Below are positions 18,194-28,374 of a stretch of DNA of 64,000 nucleotides, piece after piece. The stretch is from a virus, in IMG/VR virus record IMGVR_UViG_3300007177_000055, positions 1-64,000 of that record; one strand, given 5' to 3'. The notes below the pieces were generated by a model. It did no database searches, had not been told where the DNA came from, and saw only the letters and a program-made list of their open reading frames with translations. The position numbers and the translations under genes were made by a program. Numbering within the stretch: position 1 is the stretch's first letter; each line of letters begins with the position of its first letter.

Positions 18194-18427
18194 ATGAACG
18201 CTTTTCTTCTCTCTTTAAGGTTAGGTCTAGGGCTAGCTGTAGTAGCTGTAGTAGCTTTAGTAGTGCTAATCGGTGCCTGTGGTATTGGAGCAGTGCTTTT
18301 TGGATTGGGATTATTAATCTTGCCTTATGTAGGACCAGGCTAGATTGTGCTTACACTATACGGACTATTAGCAGCAGCAGCTTTTTACGTAACTAGAAAA
18401 CACCACCGTAAACTAAAAAGTTTTTAA
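18194..18427 (+). pseudogene. membrane protein with internal TAG at 18341-18343
   Basis: The hydrophobic frame continues past the stop (GPG*IVLTLYGLLAAAAFYV..). Confidence 0.5.
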
Positions 18428-18462
18428 CTAAAACAAATAACCTTTTTACTTTGGGTTTACTA

Positions 18463-18813
18463 ATGCGATCCCCTCTTTACTACGAATGTCACATCACACT
18501 AGACCCTGTCGACGAGGCAACACTACAAACACTTAAAAGCATATGTGAGGGCTATAAATTTAAGGTAGCTAAACTCTACTTACATAAACAGTCAACAAAG
18601 CCTAACATGTTAGACTCTTTTGTTACTGGTCGGGGTGTAGATTATTTAGAACTGGAACTTAGAATGGTTAAGTTAATACAAAAGCTAAAAGACTACGGTT
18701 TTGTAGTACGTCGGTACAAAATAGAATCGGCTTTACTAGACAGTCGCGTAAAAGACCACCTGGAACTTCTTGACACAAACGCTCAGCTTTTACCGCTGGA
18801 TGCCGCCAGCTAA
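18463..18813 (+). CDS. conserved phage hypothetical protein
   Basis: YYECHITL..F.V.RYKIE pattern. Confidence 0.7.
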   Translation: MRSPLYYECHITLDPVDEATLQTLKSICEGYKFKVAKLYLHKQSTKPNMLDSFVTGRGVDYLELELRMVKLIQKLKDYGFVVRRYKIESALLDSRVKDHLELLDTNAQLLPLDAAS

Positions 18814-19023
18814 GCCATTTTGGCTAAGTCTTTCAAAAGTGTAGATATAGGAAAACCAAATTGGGAGCGGAAGCTACTAAGCAACTTTTTGAGAATTGCT
18901 CTAGTAGAATCTCACTTGTTTGACACGGATCACTTGTATACCAACTTATTAAGGTTGACTATTCAACTACAAGCTCAAACCTCAAACAACCCTAACCCTT
19001 AGGGAATTTTCAAATTGATAACC

Positions 19024-19413
19024 ATGGAAAAGACTGAACACCTGATTACTCCGTCATATCAGTTAATATGCCAGTGGCAATCAGAGTCACCCTTCAAAGT
19101 CGTAAGTATTGCACGTGAGGACTATATGATTAACAGAGCTGCTCAGTGAGCAGCAGACCAAGAACTGAATGCGTGTTGTGACTGGTTGGAGAAAGGTTCT
19201 TATGGATTTTCCATCGCCGCAACAGCACCTAAGTTAACCAGCAAACTCCGTGACAACCGCCGCCCCAAACCTCCGACTCTAAAACAAAAAGCTCTGGAAT
19301 CCCTTAGAAGAATTCAGCAGTTTGGGGCAACATACCAAGATATTGAAAATATTAATTCTGCAATACAAGCACTACCAGATGAAGAGAAAGAAAGTAGCCC
19401 AGAGCTACTCTAA
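19024..19413 (+). pseudogene. cyanophage-type hypothetical protein with in-frame TGA at 19147-19149
   Basis: HLITP..QW..AAQ*AADQELNACCDWL..RRPKPPTLKQKAL matches the recalled WGADQELEACCEWL family pattern, with the stop at the Trp. Confidence 0.7.
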
Positions 19414-19476
19414 TAAAAAACTCACGCAAAACCCTCAAACATCTTACTTTACAGCTTTAAAACAAGCCTAACTAGC

Positions 19477-19854
19477 ATGGCTAATAGCGATACAGTAGAA
19501 GAACTGTGTAAACTAGCTAAGCATTCAGAGACTCCTTTAAATACACTCAAGGAACTTTCCGCGCATGAATCTGAAGAAGTAAGAGATTGTGCAGCGGCTA
19601 ACCCAACCCTAAAAGCTTGGGTATTAGAACAAAAAGTATCTTTCAACCTTACCCACTGGGACGACGACCAAACCGAAGATCGGCTGCTCTTTCTTAGTAA
19701 ATTAGAAACAATGTTTGACCACCCTAAGAACACGTTACCAGACGATTACTACTTGTTTACAGAAAACATCCCGTTAGGCTCTACAATCAAAATCACTATA
19801 GAATTCGTTAATTCACATGACTCGATAGCTAATCAACCAGAACTCCTTCAATAA
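19477..19854 (+). CDS. LRV/HEAT-like repeat protein
   Basis: LAKHSETPLNTLKELS..SEEVRDCAAANP. Confidence 0.6.
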   Translation: MANSDTVEELCKLAKHSETPLNTLKELSAHESEEVRDCAAANPTLKAWVLEQKVSFNLTHWDDDQTEDRLLFLSKLETMFDHPKNTLPDDYYLFTENIPLGSTIKITIEFVNSHDSIANQPELLQ

Positions 19855-20052
19855 GAACCACCCGTTTAACCATGACTTTTTACCAAATAACACGACTTCT
19901 CCAAAACTTACCTTTAAGCAGGCACTGATGGGTGATGTATCAACATACCTATACGCGGCAAGTCATCTCACTGCTTTGGTTTAAAACTCCCAGTCCAAAC
20001 TGGAGTAAAACAAACTTTAAAAACTAAACCTTATAAACCTTCATTCTCAATA

Positions 20053-20394
20053 ATGATTTACCTCGCTGCGCCTTATGACCACCCTGAAGTTTGGGTAGTA
20101 GAAAACCGTATGCGCTACGTAGAGCGAGCCCTAGCTTACTACGCAGCTGCTGGAACACCAGCTACTTCACCTTTGTTAATGCATCACTGCTTAAACACCG
20201 GCATCAAACTACCCAATAATTTTGAGTTCTGGGAAAAGCTTTGCGCTGACTACTGGGTTAGATGTGACTCCCTAGTAGTACTAAAACTCGCTGGCTGGTG
20301 GAGGTCTACTGGCGTATCTAAAGAACTTAGTTGGGCCAAGCGGGATAACAAGCCCGTAAGTTACCTTGACGTAAAGGAAATCTACCAGCGTTAA
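20053..20394 (+). CDS. DUF1937-like (nucleoside deoxyribosyltransferase-fold) protein
   Basis: MIYLAAPY, SPLL.H, CDSLVVLKL.GW..STGV..E. Confidence 0.8.
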   Translation: MIYLAAPYDHPEVWVVENRMRYVERALAYYAAAGTPATSPLLMHHCLNTGIKLPNNFEFWEKLCADYWVRCDSLVVLKLAGWWRSTGVSKELSWAKRDNKPVSYLDVKEIYQR

Positions 20395-20438
20395 CAATTT
20401 GCGCCAAGTGTTAGGATAAGCGCAGTTTTAAGCAAAGT

Positions 20439-21629
20439 ATGCCTTCCCTAAAAGCCAATGAAGCTGCTCGGGCTAAAAGTGTGTTGGCACTAGCTGAAGA
20501 GTATACCGCCGCTGGATATGGAACCCTACCTGAAGCTGACTGGGAAAGGTTGTTAACCATAGCACAATCTATGGAAGGTAAAAACCCAGCCTGCGAATTC
20601 CAAAAAACACTTAAATCTGCGTTTAACTCCCTTAAGAATGCCCAAGCTAAAAACTCAGAACTACGAAATTTACTAAAAACTGAATCCCTAGAATCCCGTG
20701 CCGCTGCAGACTACTATCGCCAAGCTGTCAAGTTAATGCGGTCAGACCCCATTACTACTAGCCCTGTAGTAGACCGCACTGGAATGTTAGTAACTGATGG
20801 GGTGCTGATCGTTCAGCTTTCTGATTTACACTTCAACGAAGTAGTAAAGATAAAAAACAAAACCTACAACTTCCACTTAGCTGCCGCCCGGCTAGCTCAA
20901 CTAGCGGCTAAAGCTAAGTCACTAGCATTAGCCACTGGATCCCAAAAAATCATCGTAGCTGCCAGCGGTGATTTAATGAACTCTGATCGCAGAGCTGACG
21001 AGTATTTAACCAACGAATTTCCAAAACCAGCTGGCATTCAACTAGCCGTTCGGATACTAGTTCAGTTTTACCTAGACTTAGCGTCAGTAGCTGAAGTAGA
21101 AATCTACTCTATAACAGGTAACGAATCCCGCAACACACAAGAACAAAGCTGGACCAGCAAAGCCGCCTCCAACAATGCCGACTTTAGTATTTACGAAAAC
21201 TGTAAATACAAATTAGAAGGGCACCACCGGATTAAGTTTGCTGGATATGATGCTAACGAAATATGCTTTACAGCTTTTAACAGACGTATTTTAATGCTGC
21301 ACGGTCACCAAATCCGCAACTTAGAAAGTGGCATCGGGCAAATCTACAGCAAATACGCCAAAGAGGGCACACCCTTGGATTACGTGTTGTTTGGACACAT
21401 TCACTCATCTTACATTGGAGACTTTCACGCTCGAAATTCCTCCTTAGTAGGCTCAAACTCGTACTCCTATTCCGGACTTAACTTGGCCTCTAGAGCAGCC
21501 CAAAACATCATTCACATCTCAAAAACAGGAATAGATGGCTTTAGAGTAGACCTAGAAAACCTCAATCCCGAAGTCATACCCTATGATATTAAAGAAACCT
21601 ACAACCGTTTCCAAAATGAATTCCACTAA
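20439..21629 (+). CDS. calcineurin-like metallophosphoesterase
   Basis: SDLH, GDLMNSDRR, GNE, HGH, FGHIH motifs. Confidence 0.88.
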   Translation: MPSLKANEAARAKSVLALAEEYTAAGYGTLPEADWERLLTIAQSMEGKNPACEFQKTLKSAFNSLKNAQAKNSELRNLLKTESLESRAAADYYRQAVKLMRSDPITTSPVVDRTGMLVTDGVLIVQLSDLHFNEVVKIKNKTYNFHLAAARLAQLAAKAKSLALATGSQKIIVAASGDLMNSDRRADEYLTNEFPKPAGIQLAVRILVQFYLDLASVAEVEIYSITGNESRNTQEQSWTSKAASNNADFSIYENCKYKLEGHHRIKFAGYDANEICFTAFNRRILMLHGHQIRNLESGIGQIYSKYAKEGTPLDYVLFGHIHSSYIGDFHARNSSLVGSNSYSYSGLNLASRAAQNIIHISKTGIDGFRVDLENLNPEVIPYDIKETYNRFQNEFH

Positions 21630-21912
21630 ACCTGTAAGCGCTACACAATTAGCAGACCTAATATTAAACTGTTATTTTCATCCAGAAGAAACTAATAGCC
21701 AAAGTGCTGACGTTAGACTGTTGTTAGAAGAACTGGCAGACCTGGCGCCCAATCCAACATACTTTCGAAAGTTACTGATTTTAGCTGTTGAATCTGATGA
21801 AGCTCTAAAAGAACTCGCTGAACTCAATCGGCGAGCAGTATCTCGATACATAGACGAAGCTCTTGCATTTAAAACAGGACCTAGGCCAGGGGAAAAGGTA
21901 CTAGCTACATAA
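21616..21912 (+). CDS. hypothetical protein
   Basis: Helical ORF overlapping the previous gene (ATG at 21616). Confidence 0.55.
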   Translation: MNSTKPVSATQLADLILNCYFHPEETNSQSADVRLLLEELADLAPNPTYFRKLLILAVESDEALKELAELNRRAVSRYIDEALAFKTGPRPGEKVLAT

Positions 21913-22002
21913 AGCAAGCCAACAGTTTTTAAAACAAAGTACACCACTAGACCAAACCAAGAAAGATGTTGTATTTCAAAAAACATCAAAAACAAACTCA
22001 AA

Positions 22003-22263
22003 ATGACTTCCGCACCTAACTTCCTAAAAATCAATCAAGTCTCTCAACTTCTGCCTCCACTAAAAACTCCCGTAATTCTTTGGGGGGTATATCAAGGACA
22101 ACTAGTCAGCTGTCGGTGGGTACAAGCTTGTAGTTCTAAATCTTTACCTACTCAACACATCAACTTCCACGAACCCGGAATAAACTCCAAAACTGTGTGG
22201 GTTGATGAAAACATTGCACACCCAATGCGACAAAATGATCTTTGGTCATCTATTAACGTATAG
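22003..22263 (+). CDS. hypothetical protein
   Basis: ATG ORF downstream of a TAAAACAAAGTA motif. Confidence 0.5.
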   Translation: MTSAPNFLKINQVSQLLPPLKTPVILWGVYQGQLVSCRWVQACSSKSLPTQHINFHEPGINSKTVWVDENIAHPMRQNDLWSSINV

Positions 22264-22303
22264 CTCCCATAAGGGCTAAGCTAGCCTTAGCCTTACTACA
22301 CTC

Positions 22304-22657
22304 ATGAAAAAAGGTTACCTAATCGTCAGCGCTAATCCCAAGGCTGACATAAAGTCACTTTCACTAAAAGCAGAGATTGCTGCTGATACTGCAGGCATAG
22401 AATCTGCCTACTTGAACGCACAAGATGTAGTCTACTTAACTAACACCTACAAAAAAGCACTACGCAAAGCAGCCATTAGAGCTCTAAGAGAAAACGGCTA
22501 CAGACATGTAGTAGGGCTATATTTATCTCCCGACACACACCCCACAGAACAAATAACCGAACTCGAAAAACTACTATCCGCACCTCCTTGTTATGAGGAG
22601 GGCTTTGATGAGTTGTATCTAGTTAACCAAAACCACCAACTAATTCGATATGACTAA
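22304..22657 (+). CDS. degenerate P-loop-kinase-like protein
   Basis: C-terminal PPCYEEGFDEL resembles AAA_33 kinase ends; no intact Walker A. Confidence 0.5.
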   Translation: MKKGYLIVSANPKADIKSLSLKAEIAADTAGIESAYLNAQDVVYLTNTYKKALRKAAIRALRENGYRHVVGLYLSPDTHPTEQITELEKLLSAPPCYEEGFDELYLVNQNHQLIRYD

Positions 22658-23384
22658 GTACGCTTTTATAGGAGATGTACACTCAGACATAGCCGAACTC
22701 GAAGCACTACTAAAGTTAGTACCTACAGACTATACCCTAATATTCTTAGGAGATCTCTTTGATTACCGTAAACCCACTGGCGAGGGTAATGCCTTAGGCG
22801 TATATCGTCTAATCAAGTCCATACCTAATGCTCAAGTAGTACGCAGCAACCATCAACAAAAGCTACTGTCTTACTTAAGAGGTAATCCAGTACAATCCTC
22901 CGTTGCATTACACCGAACTTTAGTGGACTTTTGTTTGCCTGGTCCAAAATACCACGAAGAACTAAAAGAGTGGTTGGAAGCTATGCCATATGCTTTGTCT
23001 CTAAGGTGCAACAATGATGAGTACAGGGTATCCCATGGTTACTACCCTGACAGCCTTGACTTAAATAACCCAACTCGCGCTCATAAACATGAGTGTATTT
23101 ATGGGTTACCAAAGTCACACCCTAAACGACAATGGTGGTTACACACCCATCACTACCCTTACATTAAAGTGTGTGGGCACCACCATACTATATTCACTTC
23201 TAGACATTCGGTAATACTAGATGGGTTGTGTGGTATTCACGAATATGGGTGTTTAGTGGCCTATTTGTCAGACTGCAAGCACTTAGTGTCTACACGACCT
23301 TTACATAAAGTCCCTAATATGAATTCAGCCTACTACTACCCAAGTGAATTAGGCCGTCCTGAAAACTTAAACAAACTAGCGTGA
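22650..23384 (+). CDS. metallophosphoesterase (Ser/Thr phosphatase / Pnkp-phosphatase-like)
   Basis: IGDVH, LGDLFD, SNH, SHG, GHHH. Confidence 0.88.
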   Translation: MTKYAFIGDVHSDIAELEALLKLVPTDYTLIFLGDLFDYRKPTGEGNALGVYRLIKSIPNAQVVRSNHQQKLLSYLRGNPVQSSVALHRTLVDFCLPGPKYHEELKEWLEAMPYALSLRCNNDEYRVSHGYYPDSLDLNNPTRAHKHECIYGLPKSHPKRQWWLHTHHYPYIKVCGHHHTIFTSRHSVILDGLCGIHEYGCLVAYLSDCKHLVSTRPLHKVPNMNSAYYYPSELGRPENLNKLA

Positions 23385-24112
23385 GAATCCAAATAGTTTC
23401 AGATTTACATGTAGATTGCCACCGTGATTGGTTAGGTATATTAAGTACTAAGGTAGTACTACCTAACCACCCTGACACTTTAATAGTAGCTGGAGACACA
23501 GCCCAGACCAATTCACCACGTTTCTTAGAAGCTTTTAGATATTTGTCCCAACACTACTCAGACATCTTAGTAGTGTTGGGTAATCATGAACACTACGGAT
23601 CTACACGGGAAGAAGTAAACACTGCAATAAAATCTTTACCTTCTAACGTAAAGGTCTTACAACAAGAAAAAGTAAGTCTCAACGGCTTTACTTTTGGCGG
23701 AACTAGCTTGTGGTTTGGCAGCGGTTTTAGTCCTAGACTAAAAAGTTGGTTGGCTGACTTTAAAAAAATTCCAGGTTTTGAGCCCTGGGTTTACAAAGCC
23801 AACTACCAGTCTCGGGTTTTCTTAGACCAACCGCTAGACGTATGGGTAACACACCACTTACCACATTACTCATCAGTAGCAGTAAAATACATAGGCTCTG
23901 CAGTCAACTGTTTCTTTGTAGATGACTGTTCTGAGTTAATCCGCACATACGCTCCATTAGTGTGTATACACGGACATACACACGAACCTGTTGATTACAA
24001 AATAGAAGGCCCACTAAAAGAAAAGATCCGGGTGCTAGCCAACCCTTTAGGCTACCCTAACGAGCATTCTGGTTTTAAGTACTGCGAAGTAACTCTGCTA
24101 CGCAGACACTAA
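23381..24112 (+). CDS. metallophosphoesterase
   Basis: SDLH, AGD, GNHEHY, THHLP, HGHTH, NPLGY. Confidence 0.92.
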   Translation: MRIQIVSDLHVDCHRDWLGILSTKVVLPNHPDTLIVAGDTAQTNSPRFLEAFRYLSQHYSDILVVLGNHEHYGSTREEVNTAIKSLPSNVKVLQQEKVSLNGFTFGGTSLWFGSGFSPRLKSWLADFKKIPGFEPWVYKANYQSRVFLDQPLDVWVTHHLPHYSSVAVKYIGSAVNCFFVDDCSELIRTYAPLVCIHGHTHEPVDYKIEGPLKEKIRVLANPLGYPNEHSGFKYCEVTLLRRH

Positions 24113-24134
24113 AAACCCCCGGTTGTCCGGGGGT
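24112..24134. terminator. bidirectional terminator
   Basis: ACCCCCGG-TTGT-CCGGGGGT between convergent genes. Confidence 0.75.
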
Positions 24135-24151
24135 AAAGAGTAACAACTAAA

Positions 24152-24427
24152 TCAAACGTTAACTTCTTGTCTTAGTGTTTGAGAAGGTACAAAGACCACA
24201 GCTTTACGGGCAGGAATTTTCAGTAGTTCTCCAGTCCGAGGGTTATGGGCAGTCCGTTCAGACCGTTGACGTAACTGAAAAGAACCAAAACCCTTAACCC
24301 GGACAGGGTGTTTTTCTAGTATAGATTCACGAAAAATTTCAATAACGTGATGCAAAACGCTTCGAGCATCCGTTTGGGTCAAGCCAGTCCTAACAGACAG
24401 ACGCTGGGTGAACTCGGTCAGGTTCAT
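24152..24427 (-). CDS. hup: HU/IHF histone-like DNA-binding protein
   Basis: MNLTEF..V.VKGFGSF..R.ERTAHNPRTGE..IPARKAVVFVPS..LRQEV. Confidence 0.93.
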   Translation of the reverse strand: MNLTEFTQRLSVRTGLTQTDARSVLHHVIEIFRESILEKHPVRVKGFGSFQLRQRSERTAHNPRTGELLKIPARKAVVFVPSQTLRQEVNV

Positions 24428-24498
24428 ACTAGGTGTGTAACTGAGTAAATCATAGCACGTCAAAAGGGCTAGTGCTGGCGCTTTCAACCAATTCCCCC

Positions 24499-24672
24499 AT
24501 GCAAGTCCCAACTCCCGAAGAACTGTGTCGGAAACTGCGACACCAAGCCGCCCTGGTTCGCTCAAGCCCAGACCTATTTTTAGGCTCAAACAGCAAAATA
24601 CTAGAAGAAGCTGCTACGCTAATTCAGCAGCAAGCTAACAAAATCGCTGAATTGTCTGCCCTAGAAGCTTAA
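24499..24672 (+). CDS. small hypothetical protein
   Basis: L..KLR..ILEEAA.LI coiled-coil pattern; ATG at 24499. Confidence 0.45.
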   Translation: MQVPTPEELCRKLRHQAALVRSSPDLFLGSNSKILEEAATLIQQQANKIAELSALEA

Positions 24673-24708
24673 AAGCGAGTATAGTACTTTCTACTTTCAA
24701 CCTATAGG

Positions 24709-25326
24709 ATGACTCTGCCTTCAATTGTTGCCATATATGCCCCCGCCCCCCAAAGCGGAAAATCCACCATTGCAAAGTACTTAGTAGGATCCAAACAGTA
24801 CGTTACATTAGCTTTTGCAGATCCCCTTAAAGAGTGGCTGGTACACTTTTTAGTTATGTATGGATATACTACAGAGCAAGCCCGAGATTATTTCTGGAAA
24901 AACAAAACCACACCACTAACAAAAGTTCCTGGCCAGCCTACGCCACGGCATTTAATGCAAACGCTAGGCACAGAATGGGGTCGTAACCTAATTAGCCCTA
25001 GGTTATGGACTGAACTGTGGGTAATAAAAGCGGCTGAAGCCCTAAGCCGAGATCAAAAGATAGTAGTAGATGACCTTAGGTTCCTATCAGAGTGGGAAGC
25101 AACTAAAGACCCCAGGGTTCTTACACACCAAAAGGATTCCCAGACTTGGTACATAAGCCGGCTGGAAGTCCTAAACGCAGCTGTTTGTAATGGTGACTTA
25201 GATCACGCCAGCGAAGGTAACTTCCACAAGCACCTTAGCGTATTCGACGCTTTCTTTGAAAACGAAAGCACAATACCAGAATTACTCAAACAAGTTGAAA
25301 ACCACTTAGCCAAACCAAATGACTAA
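24709..25326 (+). CDS. deoxynucleoside monophosphate kinase
   Basis: APQSGKST, FADPLK, TPRHLMQTLGTEWGR, DDLRF..E, HASE. Confidence 0.92.
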   Translation: MTLPSIVAIYAPAPQSGKSTIAKYLVGSKQYVTLAFADPLKEWLVHFLVMYGYTTEQARDYFWKNKTTPLTKVPGQPTPRHLMQTLGTEWGRNLISPRLWTELWVIKAAEALSRDQKIVVDDLRFLSEWEATKDPRVLTHQKDSQTWYISRLEVLNAAVCNGDLDHASEGNFHKHLSVFDAFFENESTIPELLKQVENHLAKPND

Positions 25327-25739
25327 TGCAGCTGCCGCCCAACTAAACTAACCACAATAGGTCTACCTAAACTGCCACACATTCCTGAAGTTTGGTCGGA
25401 CCCTTTAACACCAGAACAGCAAGAAGAAAATCTACCACACGTTGCGTTGTGGATCGTCGAAAACGATCAGGAAAACTTAAAAATGTTATACTGGCATGAA
25501 AGTGCAACAACACATACAGCTTTCTACCAAATGCCCCCTGCAGCACAGCATCAGTACTGCGGACTGCCATAAACTACCAAACCATCACAGCCAATGGGGT
25601 GAAGCTTGGTGAATAGACCACGACGTTTGCAAATAGGAATGCGTATTTTCACCAAAAGAGGCTTAGCACAAAGTCGCTGCTAACAGCGACCTCACGCTTT
25701 GCCTGAAAACAAAAATGGGTACAAAAACAAAATACAATT

Positions 25740-25763
25740 AAAACACCCGTAAACGGGTGTTTT
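25740..25763. terminator. bidirectional terminator
   Basis: AAAACACCCG-TAAA-CGGGTGTTTT at the strand switch. Confidence 0.8.
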
Positions 25764-25779
25764 AGAACAAAGGTAGAAA

Positions 25780-26280
25780 TTATTGAAAGACTGATACAAA
25801 CACTGTACCTTGTTTTACTAACGGCAAAACCTTGTCCCTAAGTTCTACGTTGTGGATACGTATACACCCCAAGGTAGGGTATAGGAGTTGCTTAGGTGCC
25901 CAAGCAGCAGGCCAACCGTTAGCTGTACCGCCACCATGTAAACAAATACCAGCCCGGTCATTAGAATCTTCATTACCTTCTAAGTCCACCATATCAAAAG
26001 TAAGCCAACCATAAGCTCGCAGCGTACGATCAAAAGCTGGATGGTCACCAACTCTAGCGTAATCATTAAAAACTTGCCCTAGCTTATATAAACCAGGAGG
26101 AGTATCTCCTGAATTGTTTTTCCAGTTACTAAGTTGTCCTCTGCAAAGTGCGGGAATATCCCAAAGCTTTTTGCCTTCAAAAGAGTACGCCGTTAAGCGT
26201 TCTGTCACATCATTAGCTAAAAGGTGAGAGTCACCTTTTTTAAATCCAAACTCTTGGGGTTTACGGGTAGGACCTACCAT
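25780..26280 (-). CDS. L,D-transpeptidase (YkuD)-like protein, probable endolysin
   Basis: DTPPGLY, GICLHGGG..PTLGCIRIHN (His..Cys catalytic motif); ATG at 26280. Confidence 0.8.
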   Translation of the reverse strand: MVGPTRKPQEFGFKKGDSHLLANDVTERLTAYSFEGKKLWDIPALCRGQLSNWKNNSGDTPPGLYKLGQVFNDYARVGDHPAFDRTLRAYGWLTFDMVDLEGNEDSNDRAGICLHGGGTANGWPAAWAPKQLLYPTLGCIRIHNVELRDKVLPLVKQGTVFVSVFQ

Positions 26281-26541
26281 GCTATCAAAGTTGCTGGAAT
26301 AAGTGTAAACCTTTTTAAGAGCCCCAAAAAAGCGTTTTTGGTTAGGTTTAGTTTGCAAAGACTAAACTGAACCCATTAATAACCGACCGTTTTCCGTCCT
26401 AACTTTTGTAGCATCGCAAAGATGTTCTACAAATGCCAAACAGATTTGAGTGGGGGATGAGCCATAGCTGCTGTGGACGCAGCGGCATGCGTGGTGTGCG
26501 CTGGGGATTGCCAGGGAGCAGTGTGGGAGCCATAGCGGCAT

Positions 26542-26953
26542 TCTATGGCGTGGAATTAAGCGCCTGAGCGAGCTGTGCACCCGTTGTATAAACAGTTGCG
26601 CAGTTGCTCATCCTGGTCAACTCTGGAGTCAGCTCTGTTCGCACCTGTGCCGATGTTAGGGTGAATCGTGCCGCCAGCACGCTCTAAATCCGCTCGAACA
26701 ACACCCGCCACAACCGTCACATCTGGGGCGGGTGTTGTTGGAATGACAGCAAATTGAGAATCAAGATTTACACTATTCAGCCCCCTCGCTGCGCGAATAC
26801 TGGCAGCCGTTATCGCGGCTGTACCTGTGGTGTCGGCGACTCGCCCGCCATAACGCCTCCAAACGCGCGGGAACACTCGCCCAGCCTAGCGCAGGCATGT
26901 GTTATATGCCGGAGATTGTGCCAATGCTTGACTGGAAGCGGTACAGGGGGCAT
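26542..26953 (-). pseudogene. frameshifted tail-fibre C-terminal fragment
   Basis: DTTGTAAIT..IRAARGL.S.NLDSQ..VRADLER and, in another frame, VRTELTPELTRMSNCATV.TTG.Q are pieces of one recognisable fibre C-terminus. Confidence 0.55.
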
Positions 26954-26962
26954 GGCGGAGTT

Positions 26963-27538
26963 TTATGGAGAAGTTAGCGTCTGACCCGGAAAGAGTGCAG
27001 CCTCTACGGCTGCTATAAAGGCTGAGGTCATGTGACACTTTATTGCAAGAGCCAGCAGCTCCGAGCCAATCTCAGCGGCTTGTTCTATTGGCAGCGATTC
27101 AAGAACAAGCATCATCGACTGAAGAAATGGGCCAAAGTCACCATCTTTCCTGAAATCATCAAATCTTGAAGTTAGAGAAGCCGCTGCAAATGGATCCCGG
27201 TGAAATGCAGTCTGAAACGCCGCAGTAAAACCGTTTTCTGTTCTGATTGCCTGTTGAAATTGAGCAAAATCAGGAACAGGAGGTGGTGGCGGCAAAGCCT
27301 CAATTCTCCAGTCAAAGATAGCGGTGCCACTGATCTCCGCCAATTCGTCGGTAATTGTAATGATCGACTCGGACAAAAGCTGATGAGTCGCTGGATCGTA
27401 TTCGGGCGGATCAACTTCTATGAGCTGAAGGGTTAGGTATTTGGTTCTGTCCAGGCCCGCCATGGGTCGACTGGTATTAACCCCAGATGGGTAGTTTTCA
27501 AGGGATTGAGATTCGCGGTCGTAAAGAATGCAATTCAT
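26963..27538 (-). CDS. tail-fibre-associated protein
   Basis: PEYDPATHQL..W.IE.LPPPPPVPDF pattern, in a tail gene block. Confidence 0.65.
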   Translation of the reverse strand: MNCILYDRESQSLENYPSGVNTSRPMAGLDRTKYLTLQLIEVDPPEYDPATHQLLSESIITITDELAEISGTAIFDWRIEALPPPPPVPDFAQFQQAIRTENGFTAAFQTAFHRDPFAAASLTSRFDDFRKDGDFGPFLQSMMLVLESLPIEQAAEIGSELLALAIKCHMTSAFIAAVEAALFPGQTLTSP

Positions 27539-28374
27539 TAGTAGATTGAATAGCGAGAGTTAATGTTTGCAGCCATAGCAGGCTGCTGAGAAAATCGATT
27601 TGTGGTGTAAAATATAAATTCTTGCATGGTTCCAAGCCAATAGTTTCCAATAATGCCATCCCTGCTATATGACCCAAGACTTAAATTAGTTCCAGTTTCT
27701 GAAACATTGCCAGATGCTATGTCTGAAAGGGTATTGTTGTTTTTACTTGCATAAACTCTTGATCCGGCATTTAATTGATAAAGAGACCTTAATAAAAAGC
27801 CTGATGCTCCAAAACTAAAAGCAGGATTTAAGGTGTTGTAGCTAACTAATATATTGTTATTCCCAATATAAGGAAGATATAGTCGTGCCTGGCTGCTTGC
27901 GTTATCTGGATTGGCAAATGCAAGTCTAATTGCAGAACTGTTGTCTGCGTTTCTGCATATTATATTTGCGCTAAGGTTATTAAGATTGAAGCTAGTGACT
28001 GGCAGGTTAAATCTTTGAGTTGTTCCATTAAATGACAGCGCTGGCTTGCCACCTTCCGTAATAAGGTTTCCGTTTAGAATTATTTGCGGCTGTGCGGAAT
28101 TTGTGTTTTGTGTTGCATTTGAACTACCGGCCTGGTTATACCAGATCGACACGAATCCATTATTGCCTGCGCCTACCCATGTAGCAAGCTGACCATTGAT
28201 GACTTGCGCTGCGGTAAAGTCTGATAACGTATTGTCGCTACTTCTTCTAACTCGAACAACCGGCCCAGTATATGTCAAAGATAAGTTTTCTAGGCTTAGC
28301 GCAATAGCCGCGCCGGGAAAAACATTTAGAAAGAATTCTTGTGTTTGCTGAACCCAAATCAACGATCTAGCCAT
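27538..28374 (-). CDS. tail protein with arabinofuranosidase-B/ConA-like lectin domain
   Basis: YTGPVVRVRRSSDN..GFVSIWYNQAG..A.Q....QP.I..G.MQE.I.Y. Confidence 0.75.
   Translation of the reverse strand: MARSLIWVQQTQEFFLNVFPGAAIALSLENLSLTYTGPVVRVRRSSDNTLSDFTAAQVINGQLATWVGAGNNGFVSIWYNQAGSSNATQNTNSAQPQIILNGNLITEGGKPALSFNGTTQRFNLPVTSFNLNNLSANIICRNADNSSAIRLAFANPDNASSQARLYLPYIGNNNILVSYNTLNPAFSFGASGFLLRSLYQLNAGSRVYASKNNNTLSDIASGNVSETGTNLSLGSYSRDGIIGNYWLGTMQEFIFYTTNRFSQQPAMAANINSRYSIY

Noticed and set aside
24428-24589. N-terminal extension of HU
   Set aside because: The HU fold starts at MNLTEF (24427); the extension overlaps a + strand ORF.
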